A DNA stretch of 64,000 nt from Vicugna vicugna (lineage: Eukaryota), in contig MU058687.1 in assembly GCA_013265495.1 (NCBI GenBank), positions 1,550,001 through 1,614,000 on the forward strand, read 5' to 3'. How positions within the stretch are numbered: position 1 is the first letter of the stretch; every line of letters begins with the position of its first letter. Below, piece by piece: positions 25,590 to 37,900 of this stretch. The notes below the pieces were generated by a model. It had not been told where the DNA came from. It saw only the letters and a program-made list of their open reading frames with translations, and searched no databases. Position numbers and translations under genes: made by a program.

Positions 25590-25960
25590 GCTTTCAGGTG
25601 AAAACCAGAAAGAAATCCCAGTTGCTTTATTTTGGTTTAAAACTCAAGGCGGATGACAGTGGAAACTGTTTCCCTACTGTCCTCTCCCTTCTGCCCGTGT
25701 TGACAGAAGACGGACTTGCTAATTCTGGCTGGGGTTTTTCCCTCCCTGGGTTGTTTTTCTCTTTTATCTTCATCAATTGAAGAGAGCTGATCTGCCTTTC
25801 AAACTGTCGGAAGGTATCTGGGGTTTTGTGTATTTTTTTTTCTTTCTTTCACATAATTCTGTGGGTCTTTTCCCAGATATGTATTTTCTCTCAAATTAGC
25901 TTCTAACTTGTTTAAGTTTCCGCCCATGTGACTTCCAGCGTGAGTTACCAGAAACCACAA
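25590..25960 (+). promoter_or_regulatory. BATF proximal promoter, TATA-less
   Basis: E-box CATGTG 25925-25930, ETS core ACTTCC 25931-25936, STAT-like TTACCAGAA 25945-25953, RUNX AACCACA 25953-25959, inverted GGAAAC-T-GTTTCC 25661-25673, kB-like GGGGTTTTTCC 25731-25741. Confidence 0.65.
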
Positions 25961-26195
25961 GAGAGAGAGAGGGCGCGAGCCCCAAAGCAAGCGACATGTC
26001 CCTGTGGGGAGCAGAGCCCCTGCACCCCAGAGTGAGGAGGACGCCGGGGTCAGAGGTGGCTGCAAGGCGGGCAGAGGAGGGCCCTGCAGAGGGGGGTGGG
26101 CTGGTGGCCTGGGAGCAGTCAGGAAGGGAGGCCGCCTGGTGACAGGAGAGCCCAGAGGCGTTCGGGGCTGCGTGAGAGCCCGGAAGATTGCAGCC
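25958..26195 (+). other. BATF: BATF 5' UTR (approximate TSS near the caagagagagag tract)
   Basis: GC-rich leader contiguous with the ATG and resembling the mammalian BATF mRNA leader as I recall it; TSS not directly observable. Confidence 0.6.
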
Positions 26196-26258
26196 ATGCC
26201 TCACAGCTCCGACAGCAGCGACTCCAGCTTCAGCCGCTCTCCACCCCCTGGCAAGCAG
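26196..26258 (+). CDS. BATF: BATF coding exon 1 (MPHSSDSSDSSFSRSPPPGKQ, 21 aa)
   Basis: ATG in gcagccATG context; translation matches the BATF N-terminus as I recall it; ends CAG|GTAGCG donor, phase 0. Confidence 0.97.
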
Positions 26259-28512
26259 GTAGCGTTCTCCCTTCCCTCCTCCTACCTTCTGATTCTCCTC
26301 AGGGGGGGAAAGGGAGAGGGTCAGACTTTCTTGTCCTGCCCAGGGAGCTGAGGGGCAAGGAGGTGGCTGGTGGCTGATGGCTGGTGGCAGGTACCCTGTT
26401 AGACTTAAGACATGGGATCTGCAATTTGACTGTGCATACTGGCATCCTTCCACCCATCCTGCCAAAGCCCCTTTTCCCCCTCTGTTCCCCGATGATGCCC
26501 CTGGCTTCTCACTCCATGAAGCTTTCTAGGAAGCCAAGAGGAGAATGAGCACCAGAGAACACTTGTCTCTTGGAGGAAGAGCCTACCTTACTCCAAGGCA
26601 GTAGCAAAATAAGAGGAGGAGGTGAATGCGGGCTGCTGGCACACACAACCCCAATGCTAGATGGTTGCCCGGGAGGTGGCTGGTGGGGCCAGAGAGGAAC
26701 AGGCTCGGGAAAACTAAAGGGGGAACAAAAGCTAGGTCAGAAGGAGGAGGACCCCACACCAGCCCAGAAAGATCTATCTTATCTGCCAGGCACAACACCT
26801 GTGGTTAACACAGGCGGCAGAGAGGGTGCTGGAGGAGGAAGGATGTGAACCAGGAGATGGTTCTGGAGAGTTGAAGACATTCCCTAGGAACTCAGCTCAG
26901 CTCTGAGGGAATCCAGAGAGATGAAGGCAGAGGTTCTGCGAGTCACAATCTAAATTGTGACTTCTAATGTAAAAGTATTCAGCTTGAGGGTTGCCAAAAA
27001 ATGAGGCATCCTGGCTGCCTCACAGCTTCTAGGGTTTTCTCCTTAACCCATTCCTTGACAGCCCTCTCCATAGGAAACCCTCTTCTTTCTCATCCAATAC
27101 ATCAGTGAATTACAATTTCTTGTCCAATTTTGTGGTTGAAAAACTGAATTCTTTCCTTAGCAAGGAAATTCTTATCCAAGAGGGCTTTCAAAATTCTGCA
27201 GCCCAAATGCAAGTGAAATACAAACATATTGGACAGCTTCTGTCATCAGTACCTAGCAGCAGAGTGGCAAGTAGAAGTCCTGGTGGAGACCTCTAGAGGA
27301 TGAACAGCCCAGTCCTCTGCTCAAGATGGTATCAGAGTGGTTCAGACTGCCTGGAAGTGTGTACTCTTCTTAGGAAGGAAATTACTCATGGCTTCCATGG
27401 TTACCCGGTTCCCCATCCCCCTTAGAGGAAGAGCACTTCCTTCCTATCTAACCCAGTGCCCTCCAGCTGCAATGGCCTGGAAGCATTGGGCAGGTTGTTG
27501 AGACATATCCTAGGTGAGCAGTCTTGCCCTAGGAACTGTGTCCCTCTAGCCTGTGGGGACATGAGAGGGGACAGGGCAGGAGGTGAAGAAGACTCCTACA
27601 CTTATCCTGCAGCCTCTGGCGGAAAGCCAGAGCTAACCTCTCTGCCCAAGCAGAGCACATGCCCATCTGTGGGGTGTACTTAGAGAACACCCAAAGGCCC
27701 CCTTGTGCACTACCTTCCACAGCTAGGTAATTGCCACCAGGAAAGCTGTCCTTGGCCTCCAGTTTGTACTGGACATTGTGCTCAGAGCCATGAGGAATGT
27801 CAAGTTCACTGAGCATAATGATGGGAATGCAGGGAAAGAAGGGGCAGCTCTGAGATGGGGACTTCAGCTCAGGGTGCTGCAGAAGACACATGGGGTACAA
27901 ACCAGTGAGGTTGGGGGGCAGGGGCGGGGGCAGCTTGGAAAGGTGTCAGACTTAGCACCGAAAGATGTAACACCCAGATTTCTGTGAGCGCTTGAGCAAG
28001 CTCTTTAGCCTCAGTTGCTGCACATACAAGATGGAAATAATTATATCAAATTCACAGAATTGGGGAATTCAATCAGAGTGCCTCTGAGCGGGGAACCCAC
28101 TTGCACAGAAGCTGGCACACAGTAGGTGCTCAATGAAGTTTTGGAAAAAAATAGCAAAGTTCTAGGCCAAAACTGAGAGGGTAAGGGTGGAGCAGCCCTG
28201 AAGAGGAGAGGTGATAAAACACACTTCATCGCCTTAACCATCTTTTTCCAAATACAGCCTTACTGAGGCCTCAAGCTCTTCTGCCCTCTTCCTGTAACTT
28301 TTGGCCAAAAACATTGTAGAGACCTAAGAAAGCGTCACAGAGTGTGGGACAGAGTCCTCTTCTGGGTTCAGCCTTTTGGTAAAGAGGGTGGATGGGCAAA
28401 TCAAGGTGAAGAAATAGAAGGATAGATGGCTGGGTATCAAACGCCATAAGAGCCAGCTTTAACTCAGAGGAGAGGGGTAGCTTGCCTAATTCTCATCGTC
28501 CCTGCTTCCCAG

Positions 28513-28617
28513 GACTCATCTGACGATGTGAGAAAAGTTCAGAGAAGGGAGAAAAATCGCATTGCTGCCCAGAAGAGCCGGCAGCGGCAGACACAGAAAG
28601 CTGACACCCTCCATCTG
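28513..28617 (+). CDS. BATF: BATF coding exon 2, bZIP basic region (DSSDDVRKVQRREKNRIAAQKSRQRQTQKADTLHL, 35 aa)
   Basis: Pyrimidine tract and ttcccag acceptor; N-x-x-A-A-x-x-S-R bZIP signature (NRIAAQKSR); CTG|GTGAGT donor; 105 nt, phase 0-0. Confidence 0.98.
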
Positions 28618-31600
28618 GTGAGTGTTCAGAACTTTCTTTATCCTCCTGAGCTGCAGGCTCTGCTCCCCACCATCATGGATGCCTGGACCATAGCTTTGAG
28701 TCTGCCTGTGTGGGGATGGGGGAGTAAGTGGACGGGTGAGGGCTGTGGGTGAGGCAGGGAGGGGAGTGCTTTGAAGAGATTCTATAGCAAGGGATGGCCC
28801 AGGAGGCTAAAAGAGAAATGAGCCCTGAGCGGCCGCGGAGGATAGGAGCTGAGTGTGGGCAGCCCAGAGGCTGGTGGAAGGCAGTGCCGTCTGCTCAGAG
28901 GCGGGGTAGCGGAGAGCTCCATCCCTCATGAACCTAGAGTGCAGAAGGCAGGACCACCTTGAGGAGGAATTTAGAAGATGTTACGTGCTTTGGGGGAGTC
29001 CATCACCCAACAGTGCTAGGACCACATATAGTCCCATCCCCTGGGAGGCCAGAGGGGCCCTGTATTTGGGACTAGGAGTTCCACAGGGTGTTGCACCTTA
29101 CACATTTTTCTGAACATTATTAAGATTTTATTTCAAAATTTCTATTTTATGGCTATCCCAAGGGGTCTGTGAAAGATGTAGTTTCAAGTGCATTTATCTG
29201 GTATGGTCACCACCCTGGCTGAGTTGCTTCTAGTCTCACACTTTGTAGGGAAGGCCCTGACCCCTGGCTTGAGCAGGGGCCTTGGGTGATCTGAGGTTTC
29301 TATCAGTGGCCCAAGATCCTAGTTAGTATTTCTAAATTCAGCTGTGTGCTTTATAAAGCTTCCTCCTTATCTCCTGTACCTTATCACCCCACCTCTCTCC
29401 ACTCTGCCCCATAATTTGCGCCTGTTCAGCCAACTCTTATTCCACTGGCTCCTTCCTCTTCCATCCCCTCAGCCCTTTCTCTGGCCACTCTGCCTTCCTG
29501 TCCTTCCTCCTGAGGAGGTCCATTCCCAAACCTCTAGCATCCCGGTAATTCTTTCCAATTGTAAAATGGGCAATTGGCACCAAAATGTATATGTTTATGT
29601 TTATTTGAAAGATTAGCTTGATAATCGGCTGGTTAGAATAGTTGTTTTAATCTTATCAAGAGAAAGTAAGACGTAGCTTTAGATAAAAAAGATGCTTCTT
29701 TTAGCTTTGTAAGGAAGCAGAGAGCAGGCCAAGATCTCTGATTGGATGCTTGTGTTTTATTTGAAATGTATTCAACATATCTTCCATTGCATACTAACAT
29801 AGTTTTAAGTTCATAAATATTTGTTGAAGTGAACAAAACAATGAATGAACTCCAAGTCTGTTCTTCTCTTTGATAACTGTGATCAGCAGTCTAAGTGTTA
29901 AGTTGTTGGTGACCCTGCTGCTTACACGTTCTCCAGGGTTTCATTATGGCTGAGGGGCTCACAACACACCAGTTTACTATTTCAAGCTTGAAAATCTATG
30001 ATCATTCACTTTGTCTCCATCAGAGTCTGATTCTAATTCAATATTCTTTAAAGCAAGCAAATGAACAAATAAATATAAATAAAAATATATAAATATATAT
30101 AATATAAATATAATATAAATAGAAAGGATAAAACCTACCTTTTTGCACAAGTAGACAATGTACTGACAAACTGCTATAAGCTTTTTAAGTTTGTAATATT
30201 AAAAAAAAACAAACAAACCCAAAACCAACAAAAAAAAAAAAATGGAAACTAAGTATAGCTCAGCAGCACCACAGTCAGAAGGACACAGTTTGAAACCCAG
30301 CTCTGCAATATGCTATCTGTGTGACCGATCTCAGACCTTAGAGATGTTCTTAACCTCCCTTAGACTCAGCTTCCTTATCAGGAAAATGGGACAGTAACTA
30401 CCTCACAGAGATAGTGAATATAAAGAACTCAAGCATCACTCCCTGGCATATAATAAATATGCAAAATCTTTAAGTATAATAAGAATAATGTTAATAATAG
30501 TTATTTTAAGAAGCAAGATAATCACAACTAATAATTTATATATATAAAATTATATTTATATATAAATCACAGAATCTCAGGGCTGAAAGAGTTCTTAAAG
30601 ACTGGGAAGTTCAGAACACTTTTGATGCATAAGACACTCTACTCCTGGAAATGGTCCCCAAAATATAGCTGCTCACTTCTAGTGACAGAGAGCCCCCTCC
30701 CTCCTAGCAGGAGCAGAGGAGTCTTCCCTATCTTGAGTTGCTCTTCTGTCTCCCTGGAAATTCAACCCCCTGGTCTTCCTTCAACCCTTTGGGGATGTAT
30801 CAAAGAGGGTGACATATATGCTTCTTTGCTGTGGCAGGATTTTCAACTCTAATTCCACTTTCTCTCTTTGCAAGACAAGAGTTAGAACCAGAAGATTTAG
30901 CCCATCTGCTTATACTAGTCATGGCCGTATTGGGATACTCTGGGATTTGGGGTCTGTGGAACCACCAGTCGTGTAGTCCCCCATGTCCACATGCAAGCCC
31001 CCAGCCTCAGTCTCTAGAGTGTTCCCATCTTTCTCACACATGGACACAAACTCCTCCCCACTCCTTTCTTCTGAGCACCATGGCACTCATCTTCACTTTT
31101 TGCCCAGTGCATAAGACACCTTAGAGTGTACACAGCAATCCTGGGGGTTGCAACCAATGTGACTTATGTTTCTTGACTTCAGGTAGAAGCTTTTGGCAGC
31201 AACATATGAATCTGCCACCATCAAACAGAGGGTTTGGCTGTGATCTGAAATGTTCATTTCCTCTCTGACAATAGTCACCCATCTTCTCCATCCATTATCC
31301 TCTTAAGTATGTTTGTGATTCAGGTAGAAAACCTCCTGCTTTACCACCAGCATTTTAGGGTTGAGTGCTTGGTTTGCCCTTGACTCCCTTCCATGCTAAT
31401 TTCCCCATGCTGAGGCTCTGGAACCACCCTCTGGTCCTCAGACACAGCCATAGGACATCTACCAAGACGTTAAAGACCAGAGTTTAGAAATTACTGAGAG
31501 TACAATACCAAATAAGGACCAGGTTTGTATTAGCGTGCAAGCCTCATACATGCTGGGGTAACAATTATTTTCTCAGTTTCAACTTTGTCACTATTACTTC

Positions 31601-31929
31601 TCTTAAAATACCAAAAGAAGTATTCTGTTTCTCTAGTGAGAGTGTGGGATATTTACTGTTTAACATTTTCAGTATCGTCCTATCAGTGGTTTACACCAAA
31701 ACGCTGTATGTGTTTGCTTTCAAAATAGCAGAGTAGGGATGTTGCTGCTTTCAACGATGTGTTTAATCTCCTGCCATCTCTGGCCTTAACTACCCCTCAC
31801 AGAAGCTGGGTCAGGTGCTTCTTTTCATAACTGTGATATCCATGAAGTCCACTTTCTGTTCTAATTCTCTTTTGCTTGGGTGTCTAACACAGCACTCATC
31901 ACGCTCAGCTCCTTTTCCCCGTAGTCAAC

Positions 31930-33600
31930 AATAGAGTCCGTTAGGTACAGTAAAGGCATTGATTAAAAAGGAGAAAGTCATATCTTGACCAGTTCACTTT
32001 CAAAAGTGTTAGTCACTAATAGTGAATCCCAGATAATCAGCTGAAAAACTATTAAAAATAATAAGAATCCAGTCAGCTTTCAAAGTTAACACAAAAAACA
32101 ATAACTTCATATGCAAATTAGATTACAAAATTTATTAGGAGGAAAGATTCTATTTACAATACCAACAACAGCAAGTGGAAGGAAGGAATAAATTTAACAA
32201 AAAATATGCGGGACTTAATTTTTAGTAACTTCAGAATTATTCTAAGTGACTTAAAAAACAATCAAATAAAGGGAAGGATATACCTTATGTAAAGACAGCA
32301 ATTTCCCTTAAATTAAACTAGAAATTTAATAATTTAATTTAATGTGATCTCAATAAAATTGGATTTTCTGAGCATTGGAGGAGAACTAGCTTAGCTATTC
32401 TAAGTACCTGGTGAAAAATAAACCTTTGAGAATTTCCAGGAAAGCTCTGAAGAAGGAGGGTAATTAGAGAAGATTGGCTGAATAAGTATTAAAGTGAATT
32501 TCAAATATAGAAATCAAAACAATGTGGAAAAGACAGAACATTGGACAGAATAGAATATAGAAATAGACCCCAAAATAAGCTCAAATTTAAGACCTGAATA
32601 CATATGTCAATTCCTAAAACAAGTACAATTGCAAAATGTCTAGGATGGTATTTCAAACCAGAGAGAGAAAGCTAAATTATTCAATGAATAATGTTGGGAT
32701 AACTGACTAGGCTTTGTTTAAAAAAAAAAAAAAAGAAAAGCTAGAGTCTTCATTTTTTTATGCAACATACACATAGATTAAATGCATGGAAAAAAAGTAA
32801 AGAAATTTGGGGAAAAAATGAGTATTAAAAAAATTTATCTTGGAGTGAAGTCTTTTAAAATGCAAATCAGAAGGGAAAAGATTGACATACATTACCTTTG
32901 TATGTAAAAAGTGAAAATCTCTATACTGTTCAAAGTATTATATATGCAAAATCAAAGGGAAATGACAGACTGGGAAAAGCACCTGCAGCGCATCTGACCA
33001 AAAAAAGGCATATTTACTTAATATATGACAGCTTTATGGATAAGAAAACAATTAACAACCCAAAAGAAACATGAGTGATGAGGAACAGGCAATTTACAGA
33101 AAGAGAAAAATAAGTGGCAAATAAATATAGAAAAGATGCTAGACGTCACTTAGTTAGGGAAATAACAGTTAAAGCAATGAGATTCCCCTGTCAGATTGGA
33201 AAAAACAGATAAACGTTGCTCATATACAATGTTGCCAAGGTGATAGAGAAGCAGGTACCACCACACACTACTAGAAGTATAAGTTGGTACCGCTCCATTA
33301 GAGGGCAGTTTGACCATGTCCATCCAAACTATGAGAGCACACACCCTGTAACTTGGCAATTTTACATCTAGGAGCCTGTTTTCAAACATACCCACAGATC
33401 ACACAATTATGTGCATGTAAAGATCCTCATTGTTGCATTGTTTGTCATAGCAAAGACTGGAACAAGCTAAATATCCATCAGAAAGGGACTCATTAAATAA
33501 ACTATAGTCTGTTCATTCAGTAGAATACCATGAAGTTGTTAAAATAACTTGGCACATCTGGATGTGCGAATCTGAAGATTATCAAGCTTCTATACTCTTA
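31930..33600 (+). mobile_element. Old degenerate L1 (ORF2 3' half and 3' UTR)
   Basis: aaaactattaaaaataataaga, ttattcaatgaataatgttgggataactg, gactgggaaaag, attgtttgtcatagcaaagactggaacaagctaaatatccatca. Confidence 0.7.
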
Positions 33601-33654
33601 AGAGAAAAGGGTATGAGTATCGTATGTAGTATTCTCCCATAAGTATTTTTTTTA

Positions 33655-33808
33655 ATATTTATTTTTGTATTATTTAATTATTTATTTTGGCAGGATGTGG
33701 GGGAGATAATTAGGTTTTATTTTATTTTTGGAGGAGGTACTGGGGATTGAACCCAGGACCTCATGCATGCTAAGCATGAGCGCTACCACTTGCGCTATAC
33801 CCTCCCCC
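33655..33808 (-). mobile_element. tRNA-derived SINE
   Basis: Reverse complement of the family head (ggtactggggattgaacccaggacc...ctataccctcccc) with a T-rich tail on the left. Confidence 0.85.
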
Positions 33809-34929
33809 TCCATATGCATGTTTAATAAAAAGAAAAACATATATGTGCATATGTGTATAAACTTTAGAATTTTAAAATAGTCCCCCCCACCCCAGAATTG
33901 TTAATGATACTTATTTCTGAAAAGTAGGACAAAATATCCAAAGCAGGAGAGAGATACTTTGATTTTTTTTTTTTTTACATTTTTAGTATAGTTTGGATGT
34001 TTTCATCATGTGCTTTCATATTTATAATGTAGATATTTTAATTCCCAACATCAATCATTCCTACATATACATTAGGACAATTTCTTTTCTAATTTTGATT
34101 TAAAACATTGAATAGTCTTCCGCTGTGACATTTTATCCCTTGAACATTGTACATAAATATCTCAGTCCTTTGGGACAACCAACTGTCAGTTGGGATTTGT
34201 AATGAGTAATCCTAAGGTCTACAGTACTAGGTGAGCCACTATAAGGGGTGGCAAATCAGCTTCATTTGTGTGGTTATGCTGGTTAGTTACAGTGGCTCTC
34301 TGATGCCTTGTAGCAGGAAGGATTTTGAGTCAGTGTCCCAGGTCAGTGGGAAAGAGAATTGGAAACAATTGAGAAGCTTTGTTCACGAAAAGGCTAAAAG
34401 TGGTGGGTGGACGGTAATATTAGGCCAGACCTGTGCTCTTGACATGTCAGACCTGGCCTTGAGGATGGAACTGGAGACAGCAGAGTAACAGGGCCCAATC
34501 TGAACACTGGAACTTCAGGTACTCCCTTAGAGGGGGTGGGACAGGTGCTTGCCTGGGGCTGAAGGAGTCTCATACTAGTTTTTTTAAAAAGAGAAGGATG
34601 TACAGATTCCAGAGTGTATCTTTAATGTCATATATAATAAACATCATGAGTATAAATTATGCATAAAATGAAGCTATAAGCTGACGTTGTGAGAAATAAG
34701 GTATTTACAATTGGAGGAAAATTGAATAATGGAGGAAGCAAAGCTCAGCAAAGATGTTAACTTCCTGGGCCTCCTTAGAAGGAGACACTATTGTTTTTGG
34801 TCTTCTGGGGAGGTGTGGGAGAGAAGGCTGCTTATGGTCCTTTTTCACTCCTGTAGTTTTTTCCCTCTCTCTAGAACACCATGCCATAAGGTATATTGGC
34901 ATAGAGAAGTCATAGGTTTTAAAACACAT

Positions 34930-34932
<3 letters not shown>

Positions 34933-34960
<28 letters not shown>
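34933..34960. repeat. (CA)n microsatellite in BATF intron 2
   Basis: Direct reading. Confidence 0.95.
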
Positions 34961-34961
<1 letters not shown>

Positions 34962-35469
34962 TAAAACAAAACAAAAACCACAGAAGGAATGTTCTGTCTA
35001 GCTAGTTCTGCTCTAAAAAAGTTCAGTGTAAAATCAGTGAACTATCTGTGGAAAAGAGACATTTCTCTTGGGCCTCTATTGCTATGAACTTCTTTTTATT
35101 AAAAATACATTCATTGAACACATGACTATGACCCAAACACTGCGTGTTACATGCACTACCTGCAATATGTCACTTAATCTGCACCAAAATCTTGTTTTGT
35201 CGTTTCCATATTAGGTTAAGTCCAAGGTCATACAGCTTATAACTAGGTCTGTCTGACTTGAGAACCCATCTTCCTGACCACTAGGCAGCACAGCCTCTTC
35301 CTTTGGACCCTCATGAAGGTGTATTCATCATCACTAACTGATCCTCCTTGAATCTCTTCCTGAATTTATTTTGTTGTTGTTCTTTAAACAACATTGTTCA
35401 AAATTGACACTTATCCTTCTCCATCATTAGGCCTGGTTGAGAAAGTAATGTTGTCTCTATGCAACAGAA

Positions 35470-36000
35470 TAATATATCCATTGAAACAATTTTTGAAAGA
35501 AGCTGTGTAGCAATAAATATTAACATCTTGCCCTTTGGTACAGAAATTCCACTCACAAGAGTTTGAAGAAACAATGATGCATAAAGATGCTCAATTCATC
35601 ATTATTTGTGGGTAGTAAACACTTTATCAATGCTATAAAATTGGACATATGCTCAACTACTGGGGAGTAAAGTATATTATGACATATTCAGACACTAGAA
35701 TTTTATGCTGGCACTAAAAATGACTATGTGGGTGTGTATTTATTAACATAACAAAATGTCAGTGACAGCACTGAATGAAAAAGCATGTGACAAAAAGTAT
35801 GCAGAGTATAATCCCGTTGATGTAAAATTTGTGGTTGGGAGGCATGTTTGCATGCATAAAGACATGTCTGGAAGAATGTTCTCCAAAATGCTATCAGTGG
35901 TTACTTCTGAGTGGTTGAGTTTTGAGTAGCTCGCTTTACTCTTGGTACTCTTCTATCATTCTTTTGTACTATGATGAATGTGTACCATTTAAAAAATTAG
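35470..36000 (+). mobile_element. L1ME-like 3' fragment
   Basis: ccctttggtacagaaattccactc, aaagatgctcaa, atcagtggttacttctgagtgg. Confidence 0.55.
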
Positions 36001-36849
36001 GATAAAAATTAGACTATTCTCACTTAGGGAGAAAAAACATGTTAAGGAATCCACCACCCCTGACTGCTCATCCCACTAACGATGGGTCAGTGCAGTTACA
36101 TTTGGGAGGCATATCTATAAGGAGGCTGGCTCCATACCAGTCTTGGCATTGTAGGGAATTTCTGTCTACATGGGATTATGGGTCCCAGGTCAGAAATTGA
36201 TGGCACACATTCAGCAGATGTCTTCTCGAAGCTGTTTTCAGCAGCTACCAGGCTACTTTCACTTGAAAAGAATGAGGGAGTCTTACGAAAGAGTCCCTGT
36301 CTCAGCTGCTAAGGGTTTACACAGTCTCTTCTGTAGGACTCAGTCTGGCTCCTTGAGTCTTGGGGCTGTAGATTGGTTCCACGGGAAAAAGTCCCCCACA
36401 CATTGGGAGGTATCTATACAGGGTCCTGCCATGGGTCCACATGGTAGCTTGTGGAGAGAGTAACAGTAACTATAGTCATCCTCCTTTGTTCATGAAATCA
36501 TGAAATTAAAAGGAAACTCAGAGTCGCTCTAAGCCGCTGTGCCATGTTACCTGTGAAGACACTGATGTCTTCACCAAGGACACCCAAGATCCCAAACCTC
36601 TTGCTCCCCTCCGCTTGCTTTTGTTTTTGTGCTGCTTTGCTGAACAGGACTTCACTCTGCAGATGGTGTGTCTCCCACACGTCCTTTTGCAAAGCATGAG
36701 CCAAGAAGTAGACCAGTAGTCAGAATGTCTGAACGACCTGGACACTCTTCAGCAATAGAACCCAAGTATACAGCAAGAGACCAGAAAGGCAGAGAGTCCC
36801 AGGTTGAGACAGGCTAAGTTTAAATGTTTCTTTATCTAAAAAAGTCTTA

Positions 36850-37900
36850 ACATTGTAATCCAAAATCAAAAGGACAATGACATATTGGGGGAAAGATTTG
36901 TGTCAAGTTAATTAAATGCAGATTTAATCTTAATACTATAGACAGAACAGACTTTTTAAGAAAACATCAAGACTCCCAAAGACAAGTGGGCAGAGGCTAT
37001 GAACAGAAAGCTTACGTAACATTTTTCCTATCAAAATGAAAATAACCTAATTTTCTATTCTGATTATGAAAACAATACACAGTAAGAGTTTCTCAGCCTC
37101 GGCACTATTGACATTTTGAGTTGGACAATTCTTTCTTGTGTGTGTGTAGGAGTGAGTTGGTCCTGTGAATTGTAATATATAACATCTACCCACTAGATTC
37201 CAGTAGGACCACCTCAACCTCCCAGTTGTGCCCATCAAAAATATTTCCAAACCTTCCCAAATGTTCCCTGCTGGGGGTAGGGGCAACATTGTCCTTGGCT
37301 GAGAACGCTGTACTAGGGAACAGACACATAAAAAGTTCTTCCTCCTAGTGATCAATAACTTGTAACATTAAAATGAAATTAAGAAAGAAACCTTTAGTTA
37401 GCTGGCAAAATAAATTATTTCAAATTCTGATTCCTAAACCCCAACAAATTTATAGGAAAATTAATACATACATTTGCTGCCACCATTATATGTCTTACAT
37501 AACCCCTTTACAGCAATACTTACCATGAACTAGAAGACTGATTGTACCCTTTGGCCTAGTAATCCCACTCCTAGGAATTTATCCTAGGAAATAATTGAAC
37601 AAAAACCAAGAACCAATATGGATCAAGATGTTCACTGCAGCATTATTTACAATAGCAACATTTTGATAGCAACCAAAATGTCTAGCCTTAAAAAGACATT
37701 TTAGGTAACTTGTGGATCATCTATTTTATGATGTAGCCATTAAAAATAATAATTACAGTGGTTATGTAAGCATGGAAAAATTATGACAGAAAGGAAAGTA
37801 CAAATTGTATATGTAATCTGATTGAGACTTTATAAAAATAAGCATTCAAGTTTGTTAAAAAGGACAAGATGGCAACGTGTACAAACGAAGAGTCATGTAA
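36850..37900 (+). mobile_element. L1ME-like fragments, interrupted by MER20
   Basis: aagtgggcagaggctatgaacaga; taccctttggcctagtaatcccactcctaggaatttatccta; aagatgttcactgcagcattatttacaatagc. Confidence 0.6.
37086..37310 (-). mobile_element. MER20
   Basis: gtttctcagcctcggcactattgacatttt...ctacccactagattccagtag...ttggctgagaac. Confidence 0.8.

Noticed and set aside
25985..26001. p53-like half site CGACATGTCC in the BATF leader
   Set aside because: Only one imperfect half site; no correctly spaced second decamer
25896..26465. 189-aa antisense ORF over exon 1
   Set aside because: Non-ATG start, GC-rich promoter region, no recognisable protein features
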